Part shown: in pieces, positions 1 through 7,725 of the stretch
Layout of the letters: each line of letters begins with the position of its first letter
Position numbering within the stretch: position 1 is the stretch's first letter
Origin: a virus
IMG/VR virus record: IMGVR_UViG_3300049489_000842
Location: 24,519-88,518 of that record
Length of the DNA: 64,000 bases
Direction: 5' to 3' (one strand)
Position numbers and translations under genes: made by a program
The notes under the pieces: model-generated
Database searches by the model: none
The model's input: only the letters and a program-made list of their open reading frames with translations
What the model was told of the DNA's origin: nothing

Positions 1-1
1 T

Positions 2-154
2 GCTAATTACTACCACCTAACTTTTAAAGTAGAGGGTGTAGGCACTCTTGAAGACTGTAAAGCTATTGCAGGAGGTCTTTATATGGAGTATTATACTAGC
101 GAGTACAAAGATAAGTACTCATGGCCAGTTCCACCCGGTAACTCTTTAAACTAA
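2..154 (+). CDS. 3' end of a protein paralogous to the next ORF (URI/GIY-YIG-like C-terminus), truncated by the window edge
   Basis: Frame 2 is open from the window start to TAA 152-154: ...HLTFKVEGVGTLEDCKAI...WPVPPGNSLN, which aligns with LYMVTEFVGTKTECLIM...RPPGNKIDN of 162..617. Confidence 0.6.
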   Translation, partial: ANYYHLTFKVEGVGTLEDCKAIAGGLYMEYYTSEYKDKYSWPVPPGNSLN

Positions 155-161
155 ACATTTT

Positions 162-617
162 ATGGCACAGAGACTAAGCAACTCAGCAATAGCTACCTTA
201 TTAGTGGCTATAACAATGTTGTTATTTGCTATAACAACACTGCACTCTACAAGAGTGGCTGAAAAAGAGAGAGCAATAGGAAGGATATTAGAGGGGGAGG
301 ATGATCTAACCCCAGCAGTACAGTACTCCCTTAAGGCACTAACCTCAGGCATGTACCCTTGCTATGCAAAGGGTGGGCCATCAGAAGTGTACCTTGAAAG
401 GGGAGATGTCTGGAAGTATGGCCAGACATGCAATCCAACTACCAGATATTCTGGTAGGTATCTTATAGAGAATCGTCTGTATATGGTGACAGAGTTTGTT
501 GGAACCAAAACAGAATGTCTAATTATGGAAAAGGAGAAAATATTCTCCTATCCTATGCTGCCGGAAGGATTAAGGACTCATCTTACCAGGCCTCCTGGTA
601 ATAAAATAGATAACTGA
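162..617 (+). CDS. N-terminally membrane-anchored Tox-URI-like (URI/GIY-YIG fold) nuclease-domain protein
   Basis: Hydrophobic helix at aa 9-27, then QYSLKA..SGMYP...YL..GDVWKYGQT.NP..RY...E.EKI..Y...PPGNK, a pattern I recall from Bacteroidota RHS toxin C-termini. Confidence 0.55.
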   Translation: MAQRLSNSAIATLLVAITMLLFAITTLHSTRVAEKERAIGRILEGEDDLTPAVQYSLKALTSGMYPCYAKGGPSEVYLERGDVWKYGQTCNPTTRYSGRYLIENRLYMVTEFVGTKTECLIMEKEKIFSYPMLPEGLRTHLTRPPGNKIDN

Positions 618-904
618 TGGTGATAGTTAATCCGGAACAAGAACATAGAATTATAGATTCTGATGTTCTTAAAGCAGTAATGAGTATAATAGCCAAGAAA
701 AACATTATAATCATTACAGATTTCACAACAAATTCTAAGGGATTCCTTAAGAATTGTGAGACTGGAGAAATTAACCTGTTTGTCCCTAAAAATAACCAGG
801 GACAATTGCTCTCAAATTGGGTAGAATTACTCAATATTATATCTTATGAGCTATCTTTGGGATTTAAACTAAACAAAAGTGGACATATAGAATGGTTGAC
901 ATGA
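617..904 (+). CDS. hypothetical protein
   Basis: 95-aa ORF coupled to the upstream stop (TGATG overlap). Confidence 0.6.
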   Translation: MVIVNPEQEHRIIDSDVLKAVMSIIAKKNIIIITDFTTNSKGFLKNCETGEINLFVPKNNQGQLLSNWVELLNIISYELSLGFKLNKSGHIEWLT

Positions 905-1092
905 GTTCAAACACAGAAAATATAGGGGAATATGAGGTTCTGAAATCCCAAGTCGGAATGAACGTTGGGATGTACTATGTTGGAAGGATGTACTTTCATG
1001 AAGGAGTATATCTACCTTACTCGGTGGATTCAGCATTCTTCATTACTAGGAATGCTGCTGAGGATTACTTTAATACTCATTTTAAGAAATAA
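901..1092 (+). CDS. hypothetical phage protein
   Basis: ATGA overlap with the previous stop; YYVGR...PYS..S.FF.TR..AE pattern typical of small phage proteins. Confidence 0.65.
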   Translation: MSSNTENIGEYEVLKSQVGMNVGMYYVGRMYFHEGVYLPYSVDSAFFITRNAAEDYFNTHFKK

Positions 1093-1104
1093 CACTTAAC
1101 TATA

Positions 1105-1290
1105 TAGACCGTGCAAGTGAAAAGGTTACTGGACGAATGCCCAGTGTTAGTTGAGTTTATAATAAAACTCTAGCTAAGAGTATAACAAAGCCGCGAGGTA
1201 ACTAAAGGATAAAAAGAATTAAATGCGTCGTGGCAGTGTGGCTCTGCCCTTTAGAAGTTTACCAAGCTGTAGGTGAGATTCCTACAGCTA
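1105..1290 (+). ncRNA. putative structured RNA (hairpin array)
   Basis: No ORF in the track. Hairpins: ACTGG/CCAGT; TTAGTTGAGTTT/AAACTCTAGCTAA; GCC-GCGA-GGT; GGCAG/CTGCC; 9-bp AGCTGTAGG-TGAGATT-CCTACAGCT at 1265-1289. Confidence 0.45.
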
Positions 1291-1297
1291 TTTTAAC

Positions 1298-1367
1298 GGC
1301 GCAAAGCACGTAGTGTAGTCTGGAAACTGATCAACCAGAAAGGTACTATTCGATTAGTATTGCGCCT
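1298..1367 (+). tRNA. degenerate tRNA-like element (Ile-GAT-like anticodon loop); pseudo-tRNA or tRNA mimic
   Basis: Acceptor stem GGCGCAA(1298-1304)/TTGCGCC(1360-1366); mini D-arm GCAC-GTA-GTGT; arm TCTGG/CCAGA with an 11-nt loop containing CT-GAT-CA; T-arm TACTA-TTCGAT-TAGTA. Loop sizes are non-canonical and no CCA is encoded. Confidence 0.5.
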
Positions 1368-1371
1368 CTAT

Positions 1372-1558
1372 AAAGTCTCTCTGCTTAGGAAACAAGCATA
1401 CATACCAGCGTAAACCTGGTAGCAATATCAACTAATTATGTAGATTTGGCAAATCAGCTTGTGGAGTAGGTTATAATAATAAAGAATAACAAGAAAGTAA
1501 CATAAGAAACATGACTTGCTTTAATGTTATAATACTTTGCCAGGTACAGAGAGATTTT
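1372..1558 (+). ncRNA. putative multi-stem structured RNA
   Basis: 12-bp closing helix AAAGTCTCTCTG(1372-1383)/CAGAGAGATTTT(1547-1558) enclosing TGCTT/AAGCA, TACCAG/CTGGTA and TTGGCAAA/TTTGCCAG stems. Confidence 0.5.
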
Positions 1559-1581
1559 ATTTTTAATTTAAACTTAAAAAG

Positions 1582-1860
1582 ATGGGAGTAAATCAATTAA
1601 AGAAGTATGTAATATTACACTTAACTGATAATGGGTGGAAAGTAGAGATGCCACACTATGATCGTGTATATGTAAAAGATGGAAAAACCATTATAGTAGA
1701 ACATAATCATGTAAATTTTTACTTTAGAGGGTATTACTTCGGTAAGTGTGATCACACTAATTTATTAACAGATTGTCATGCATTTATAAGATACTTTGTT
1801 GAGGGAGATAACATGGAACAGAAACCACAAGATCCTCTTAGTATCTTTGATTCATTATAA
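1582..1860 (+). CDS. hypothetical protein
   Basis: 92-aa ORF with an A/T-rich Bacteroidota-type leader. Confidence 0.7.
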   Translation: MGVNQLKKYVILHLTDNGWKVEMPHYDRVYVKDGKTIIVEHNHVNFYFRGYYFGKCDHTNLLTDCHAFIRYFVEGDNMEQKPQDPLSIFDSL

Positions 1861-2123
1861 GGCTACGGCCTAGGCTAGAGAAAAGACAGCCTGCAGCACC
1901 TGAGAAGGACTGCGAAATATCGTCAGTAATGGCGGACATGTTATTGCCTTGAGAAAGCAAGCCGAAATAGGATTATATTGTAGTGAAAGACACTAGGGTA
2001 TCCATAACATGAACTCGTTCTCGGCATAAAGAATTCCTCTCTTTAGTGTGAAGGATAACTTTAGAGATATGAACTGCTGGTATACCAGAATCAGTCCTGT
2101 CTTTGACCCTGAGTAATCAGGGT
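1860..2123 (+). ncRNA. putative large structured RNA with tetraloops, T-loop-like motifs and long-range pairings
   Basis: GC-richer intergenic region. AGGC-TACG-GCCT; CGTCA-GTAA-TGGCG; CATGTTAT/ATAACATG; TAGTG-AAAGA-CACTA; CTGG-TATA-CCAG; CCCTGA-GTAA-TCAGGG; two YTGAGAA...CGAAATA motifs. Confidence 0.6.
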
Positions 2124-2145
2124 GCTAAAACTAAAACTCTTAAAA

Positions 2146-2355
2146 ATGAAAGTAACAGTTAAACATTGTTTTACAGGAGAATTTAACTCTTTAGAATTGG
2201 ATATAACCCCAGAACAAGCAGAAAGAATCCTCAAAAATGAGGAAAAATTACAAGATATAGTTCCTCACTTATCTGCTGATGAAAGAGAATTTCTTATAAC
2301 AGGAATGCTGCCTGGCGAGTTTGATGCTTTATTAGATTGTTCTGACGAATACTGA
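2146..2355 (+). CDS. conserved small phage protein
   Basis: ATG at 2146 after an A-rich leader; P.LS.DEREFL.TG motif, common in phage hypothetical proteins. Confidence 0.75.
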   Translation: MKVTVKHCFTGEFNSLELDITPEQAERILKNEEKLQDIVPHLSADEREFLITGMLPGEFDALLDCSDEY

Positions 2356-2357
2356 TT

Positions 2358-2522
2358 ATGTATAAAGTAATTGATGAAGGCGGAAACCTCTTCCTCGTCA
2401 AGTACGAGGAAAAAGAGGAAGATGGATTATGGGTTCCAGAGATTCTAGTAGAATCAAAATCCCAAGAGATAATAGCCGAAGAGTTAATGAGGCTTGAGTT
2501 GTTAGAAATAGAAAGTAATTGA
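2358..2522 (+). CDS. small acidic hypothetical protein (54 aa, below the ORF-track cutoff)
   Basis: MYKVIDEGGNLFLVKYEEKEEDGLWVPE...; fills the gap exactly and has a TGATG overlap with the next gene. Confidence 0.65.
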   Translation: MYKVIDEGGNLFLVKYEEKEEDGLWVPEILVESKSQEIIAEELMRLELLEIESN

Positions 2523-2767
2523 TGCAGCTAGAAAAAGACAACAGTGTAGTGTTCCAAACAAATGAGGTCGAACAAACCTCTAAAGGGTACAAGCTTAACT
2601 CTGGAGGATTTATACCAAGAGAGGCTGTGCGCGTACAGATACTATCCAAGGAAAACTTCCCTGGAAAGAAATCTGTGGAGAAAATAATGCTGGTATTGAA
2701 GAGAACCAGTTTAAATAAATCTCTTTATACTCTATTACGTAGTAATAGAGAAGTCAGAAACCAATAA
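2522..2767 (+). CDS. hypothetical protein
   Basis: ORF coupled to the upstream stop. Confidence 0.6.
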   Translation: MQLEKDNSVVFQTNEVEQTSKGYKLNSGGFIPREAVRVQILSKENFPGKKSVEKIMLVLKRTSLNKSLYTLLRSNREVRNQ

Positions 2768-2778
2768 ATTTTTTAAGA

Positions 2779-3387
2779 ATGAATTTTGATTTTTTAAATG
2801 ATTTGGGAGAGTCTTTACTTCCTGTTGAAACAAAAAAGAGAGTAGCAGCTTCTAAAGTTCCTGTAAATGGAATAATGAGGGTGACTAAAAAACAGATTGT
2901 ATTTGGAGATGAGTTTCGTGCATCTGTGGGAACAAAGATGATTGACATGGTTTTCTCAACTGAGTGGAGTCAATATCCTACCGGAAAACCTAAAGTCCTG
3001 TTTTGTGTAGTGCTGCTTAACGAGGAAAAACCTCTTAAGGCTGACATTAAGAAAGAAGGACCAACACAGTATGCTGCAGAGCTTCTTGGTAAACTCATTA
3101 ATTTCTTTGATCTACCCGAAGATACTAAATCTGTAGAGTTAGATTGGAGCCCAGAAAATGCTGTGTTTGTGAAAAAGGCACGCTTTTCTAAAATTGTACA
3201 GAGAGGAGAAGAGAAAGGGTTGCCTACTTATGTTACCAGGGACAATGCCCACATGAACCCGGTCTTTGTTGTAGCTAATGCTGAAGAGGTATTAGAAGAT
3301 GATATTGAATTGGAAGATCTTAGAAACACACCTGAGGTTGATACAGACATTGTAGAAGAGGACGCTATACCACAGAAAAAGAAGTAA
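2779..3387 (+). CDS. hypothetical protein with acidic C-terminal tail
   Basis: 202-aa ORF directly upstream of the polymerase; D/E-rich tail. Confidence 0.75.
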   Translation: MNFDFLNDLGESLLPVETKKRVAASKVPVNGIMRVTKKQIVFGDEFRASVGTKMIDMVFSTEWSQYPTGKPKVLFCVVLLNEEKPLKADIKKEGPTQYAAELLGKLINFFDLPEDTKSVELDWSPENAVFVKKARFSKIVQRGEEKGLPTYVTRDNAHMNPVFVVANAEEVLEDDIELEDLRNTPEVDTDIVEEDAIPQKKK

Positions 3388-3390
3388 TCA

Positions 3391-5076
3391 ATGCTTACAA
3401 TGGTATTGAGCAAAACGGGAGGGAAACTAGGAAAGTACCTCCCTTTTGTTACTGATGATTTCCAAAAGTTTAAAGACTGGATTGATCCTATTACTGGGTA
3501 TATAGCTCATGATTTAGAAACAACCATGACTAAATCAGTACTTGATAGACAAATGCTCTTATCTGCTTACTATTATGATGATGTAGCATGGGTTGTATTT
3601 ATTGAAGAGCTAACACCAGAAGAGCTTGCAGAACTGTGTGTAATAATGAGTAATAAGAAACTTATTATACAGGCATCCAAGTTCGAATATGGTATGTGGA
3701 GAAAGTATGGAGTGTTTTTAGAGAAATATCATGATATATACCTACAGGATAAACTCCTGTATATGGGTATAGATGGAGAGAAGTTTGATTTATCGAGTAT
3801 TCTTCATAGATATCTTGGTAAGACTCTAGATAAAACACTACAAACAAGCTTTACAGCTTGTTCTGAGGTAACAGATGATCAGCTTGAGTATGCTGTGGCA
3901 GATATAGTAGACTTACCTTTAATTATGGAGCTTCAGCTAGAGAAAATAGCTCTTCATGATAAGAAGTTTAAGTTCTTTATCCAGAAAACTGCCCATAAAA
4001 ACAGAGGATTGCAGAAAGCATCATGGTGGACGCATGAGTTCAGTAAAGTACTGAATGATATGCAGTATACCGGCGTAAACTTTAATCCTATTAAATGGGA
4101 GGAGTTGTATCATAAATCATTTCCAATTGTTGAGGCAGCTACAAAAAAGCTCAATGATATATTGGTAAGGGATTTCAAATTACAGTTAGCCGGAGAAGGC
4201 ATGTATTTACTCAAGGATACTCCTGTAGATAAGCTATTTTCTTCTCCTGATAAAAAGCTAAAACTTCTTAATATTATGTTCCCCCTTTTAACTAAAACTT
4301 CGAATTATGAAGTTACTCAGTATTTAAAAGAACATGATCCTTCATTTGTTAAAGGTAAAGCTTACCTAAATACCTATGAAAAGAACAATTTTTCTATACT
4401 CAAATTGAGTATCGCGGGGAATGTTAAGGTTTTAGAGTCGTTTTTTGTAGAAAACTTTCGAGATGAGATGGTAAAAAGGGAATTGTTGTTACCAGCCGGA
4501 ACATTGCTGGTAAACTGGGCAAGTCCTATTCAAAGAAAGACTATCTTTCAATGGATACATCCCCAATTAGAAAGTACAGATAAAGAACATATAGCTGAAA
4601 TAGCTTGGAAACATGAGTTATTGCAGGTGTATTCAGAAGAATATTCCAATGCAAATAATCGCATAACTAAGTTTGGATTAAAGTATCTTGAGCATATAGA
4701 TTTAGATGGAAGAATAAGAACTAACATAGATCCTGTTTTAAACACAGGAAGGATATCTTCTTCTAAACCGAATGTATTAAATATCATCAACGATGCTGAA
4801 TACCGTTCTGCTTTTATCTGTAGTCCTGGATTTAAAATGCTTGGATGTGATTATAAAGGACAGGAGCTAGTCATTACAGCTCATGTATCTGGCGAGCAGC
4901 AATGGATTAAAGCTATAAGGGAGGATAAGGACTTGCATTCCATCAATGCAAGAAACACATTCTCAAGCTGGAATTCCCATACTCTTAAAGATTGTACTTT
5001 TTCTATTGATGAGAAGAAGTGTAAGTGTCCAGGGCATAATATCCTGAGGGGAAATGCTAAGACTGTTGTATTCGGT
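3391..5076 (+). CDS. polA: DNA polymerase family A, exon 1 (3'-5' exonuclease plus polymerase up to motif B)
   Basis: ExoI HDLET, ExoIII YAVAD, TGRISSSKPN, motif A DYKGQEL...SGE, DLHS; motif B begins RGNAKTVVFG and is cut at the intron. Confidence 0.93.
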
Positions 5077-5637
5077 AAACAATCACTATAAATATGAAAA
5101 ATGCCGAATTAAAAGACTGTAAATTCAGGGAAACCTTAACGCATAATGGCGATGGCAATCCTGAGCCAAGCCCAGAAAATAGGGAAGGTGCAGAGACTAT
5201 AATCAGACTATGTGTGTTGTGTGGAGAACATATTTCTTTGGTGAGATCTAAACAAGCTAAATACTGCAGTAATGTATGTAAGCTTAAAATGAATAGAATT
5301 AAACGTGTTTTACTTAATGGAGGAAAGCCTGGTGTAGGTTCCGGAGGAAATCAATTTGGTGAAAAGAATAGCCAATGGATAAACGGAAAGATTGCATTCA
5401 GGAGAATCGGAAGAGAAGCCCACGGAGAGGTTTGTAATAGATGTAAATCTACTTCTTATCTGGTAGTTCATCATATAAATGAAAATAGAGATGATAACAG
5501 AAAAGAAAACCTCGAAGTCTTATGTAAAGCATGTCACCAAAATCATCACGCAATCAGAGATGCCTTAACAGGAAGATATATCTCTAAAAATACATAAAGG
5601 GATAGTCCACTCCGGTATGAAAATATTGGGTAAAGTG
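5077..5637 (+). mobile_element. group I self-splicing intron in polA motif B
   Basis: 5' exon ends in U (TTCGGT) and pairs with the guide GCCGAAT (5103-5109) with a U.G wobble. Core P AAATTCAGGGAA, Q AATCCTGAGC, R GCAGAGACTA, S GGGATAGTCC; terminal G5637. Removal restores KTVVFG-IIYG in frame. Confidence 0.92.
5094..5597 (+). CDS. intron-encoded HNH homing endonuclease with Zn-ribbon
   Basis: CVLC...YCSNVC Zn finger, GEKNSQW motif, CNRC...VHHINENRDDNRKENLEVLCKACH HNH motif. Confidence 0.9.
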   Translation: MKNAELKDCKFRETLTHNGDGNPEPSPENREGAETIIRLCVLCGEHISLVRSKQAKYCSNVCKLKMNRIKRVLLNGGKPGVGSGGNQFGEKNSQWINGKIAFRRIGREAHGEVCNRCKSTSYLVVHHINENRDDNRKENLEVLCKACHQNHHAIRDALTGRYISKNT

Positions 5638-6144
5638 ATAATTTATGGAATTACTAAGTATGGCTTATCCTATAAGATAAAGTCCAGTGTGGATGCAGCT
5701 CAAGTTGTCATTGATGACTTTCGTGCAGCAACACCTGCAGTTACTTTATTCTTTAAGAAAATGGCTGACTTTACGGTTAACCAGGGTTATACACCTGAAT
5801 CTGGATTGGGCACGGCTCGGTTTATCCAGAAAAAGAGACTGGCATACGATAAAGAAGCAGTTATGAGGGAATCTGGTAACTTCAATATTCAAGGTGTTGG
5901 AGCCGGGATATTGAAAGTAGCTACATCTCTTATGAGAAGACATATTAGACATCATGATATGGTGGATAAGGCTTTGATAGTACTTACTCCTTATGATGAA
6001 ATTGTGATGGATGTTGAAGACTCCTTAGTGGATTATTGGAAAGTAAAACTTCCTTATTTCATGGAGTTAGCAGCCAAGTTGGTTCTTGGTTCGGATATAT
6101 TAAAGGCAGATACACCTGCTGTTGGAGATTTCTGGATACATTAA
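5638..6144 (+). CDS. polA: DNA polymerase family A, exon 2
   Basis: IIYG completes motif B; NFNIQG..A.ILK; motif C variant PYDEIV; spliced product about 730 aa. Confidence 0.92.
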   Translation: MIYGITKYGLSYKIKSSVDAAQVVIDDFRAATPAVTLFFKKMADFTVNQGYTPESGLGTARFIQKKRLAYDKEAVMRESGNFNIQGVGAGILKVATSLMRRHIRHHDMVDKALIVLTPYDEIVMDVEDSLVDYWKVKLPYFMELAAKLVLGSDILKADTPAVGDFWIH

Positions 6145-6146
6145 TT

Positions 6147-6461
6147 ATGAAAGAACTAGAAATTAAAGTACAAGATACTGTGGAGGTAAAGGCTGAAGTT
6201 CCAGTCGAGTTCAAATACCTAGGGTCTAAAAGACGTATCCCAGGATTAAAACTTTGGGAATGTGACTTAAGGACTTTTAAGGTAAAAGAAGCACCTACTA
6301 ATAAAGAAGTAGTTATGGGTATGGACGGTAAGAAAAAAGAAAAATTTTCAGTTATCCATAATCATCATGCTATTTATCATCAATCCCATTGTAAGAGAAC
6401 TGCTATTAGAAAGTTTCGGGTAATTATAGAAGCTATGGGAGGGATTATACTCGATGACTAG
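6147..6461 (+). CDS. hypothetical protein
   Basis: ATG 2 nt after the polA stop is a more plausible start than 6036. Confidence 0.7.
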   Translation: MKELEIKVQDTVEVKAEVPVEFKYLGSKRRIPGLKLWECDLRTFKVKEAPTNKEVVMGMDGKKKEKFSVIHNHHAIYHQSHCKRTAIRKFRVIIEAMGGIILDD

Positions 6462-7713
6462 AGAGGAGATGCAAGATAGGGTACTAAACGACTTTCTATC
6501 TCTTCCTAAAAAAAGGGGATTGATTATGGTTGGAACTGGAGGAGGCAAGACTAGAATAGCTATGATGGCTATAAAAGCTTTGGAGCCTGAGGAAATCTTA
6601 TTTTTATCTGACAGTATAATAGGACGCGATGTAACTCTGCCGGCAGAAATGGAGAAGTGGAACTTGGGTCATCTAAAAGATAAGACTAAGTTTTCTACAT
6701 ACCAGACAGCTTACAAGTGGAAGAAAAGCGAAGTTGACTTATCTAAAACATTTGTTATTTCGGATGAAGTTGACTTCGCCATGACTGGTAAGTATGGAGA
6801 GTTTTTTAAAGAGTTTAGTGATATAGATATCCTTGGTATGACCGGTTATAGTCCGGATATTAAACTTTGGTCATTTTCTCAATATCTCCCCCTTATTTCT
6901 GATATTCCTGTTATAGAGCTACAAAAAGCCGGTATCGTAAATCAATACAAATTTGTATTTATACAATACCTCTTGAGTAGAAAGAAAGATAGGGATGTTG
7001 TTTACAAAAAGGGAGCCGTGACAGAAACGTTTAAACAAAGCGAGAATGCTAGTTACCTGTATATTAGAAAGCAGGAAAAGAAGTATTATGCTAAGTTGAA
7101 TGAAGCTGTAGAAGCCGGGGATATGATTGAAGCAGCCAAATATCAGTCTCTTATTGATAATATTATACCAAGGATGAGAACAGAGTTACTTCTAACTTTG
7201 AACTCTTCAGCTGACGTAGCTAAAACTATTCTCAATGAGATTTTAAAAGAAGATGAGGTAAATAAAGTAGTAACATTCTCACAAAGGACTGAGCAAGCTG
7301 ATAAAATCAGTAAGTTCACATACCACGGAAAGAATGATGCTTCTACAAACTCAAGCTTATTTTCTAAATTTAATTCCGGAGAGATAAGGGAACTTTCTTT
7401 ATGTTCTAAAATAAACAGAACTGCAAATATGGTTGGGTTAAATAACTGTATTATGGAAAGTTTTATTGGGGATAAAGTAGCGTTCATTCAAAGAACTGGT
7501 AGGATGCTCAGATTAAATCCTGAAGAGGTAGCAACTGTTTACATTTTGCTTCCATATTATATGGAAGATCCGGATGAAAATAACCCCGAGGAAGAGATTG
7601 TTTGCAAACCTACCAGGATGGTAGGCTGGGCAAAAACAATGATGGAATCAATAGATTTTTCTTGGTCAAAATTTGAAACAAGAAACCTGACTCCGTATAA
7701 AATGTCAAAATAA
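6454..7713 (+). CDS. superfamily 2 helicase
   Basis: Walker A GTGGGKT, DEVD, GMTG, motif VI QRTGRMLR. Confidence 0.88.
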   Translation: MTREEMQDRVLNDFLSLPKKRGLIMVGTGGGKTRIAMMAIKALEPEEILFLSDSIIGRDVTLPAEMEKWNLGHLKDKTKFSTYQTAYKWKKSEVDLSKTFVISDEVDFAMTGKYGEFFKEFSDIDILGMTGYSPDIKLWSFSQYLPLISDIPVIELQKAGIVNQYKFVFIQYLLSRKKDRDVVYKKGAVTETFKQSENASYLYIRKQEKKYYAKLNEAVEAGDMIEAAKYQSLIDNIIPRMRTELLLTLNSSADVAKTILNEILKEDEVNKVVTFSQRTEQADKISKFTYHGKNDASTNSSLFSKFNSGEIRELSLCSKINRTANMVGLNNCIMESFIGDKVAFIQRTGRMLRLNPEEVATVYILLPYYMEDPDENNPEEEIVCKPTRMVGWAKTMMESIDFSWSKFETRNLTPYKMSK

Positions 7714-7725
7714 AACTGTATTTTT

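Noticed and set aside
1861-2130. TPP or SAM-I riboswitch (CTGAGA and GGTGCTAA words)
   Set aside because: Only isolated words match; the remaining conserved cores and their order are absent
1093-2145. CRISPR mini-array or direct-repeat array in the intergenic regions
   Set aside because: No regularly spaced direct repeats; the structure is inverted-repeat and hairpin type
2391-2411. Hairpin TTCCTCGT-CAAGT-ACGAGGAA resembling an HDV/theta ribozyme L3 sequence
   Set aside because: It lies inside a plausible 54-aa ORF, and I could not build the nested double pseudoknot
5617-5637. Independent start of the 175-aa ORF (split polymerase gene)
   Set aside because: MKILGKV is intron sequence; splicing at G5637 restores motif B
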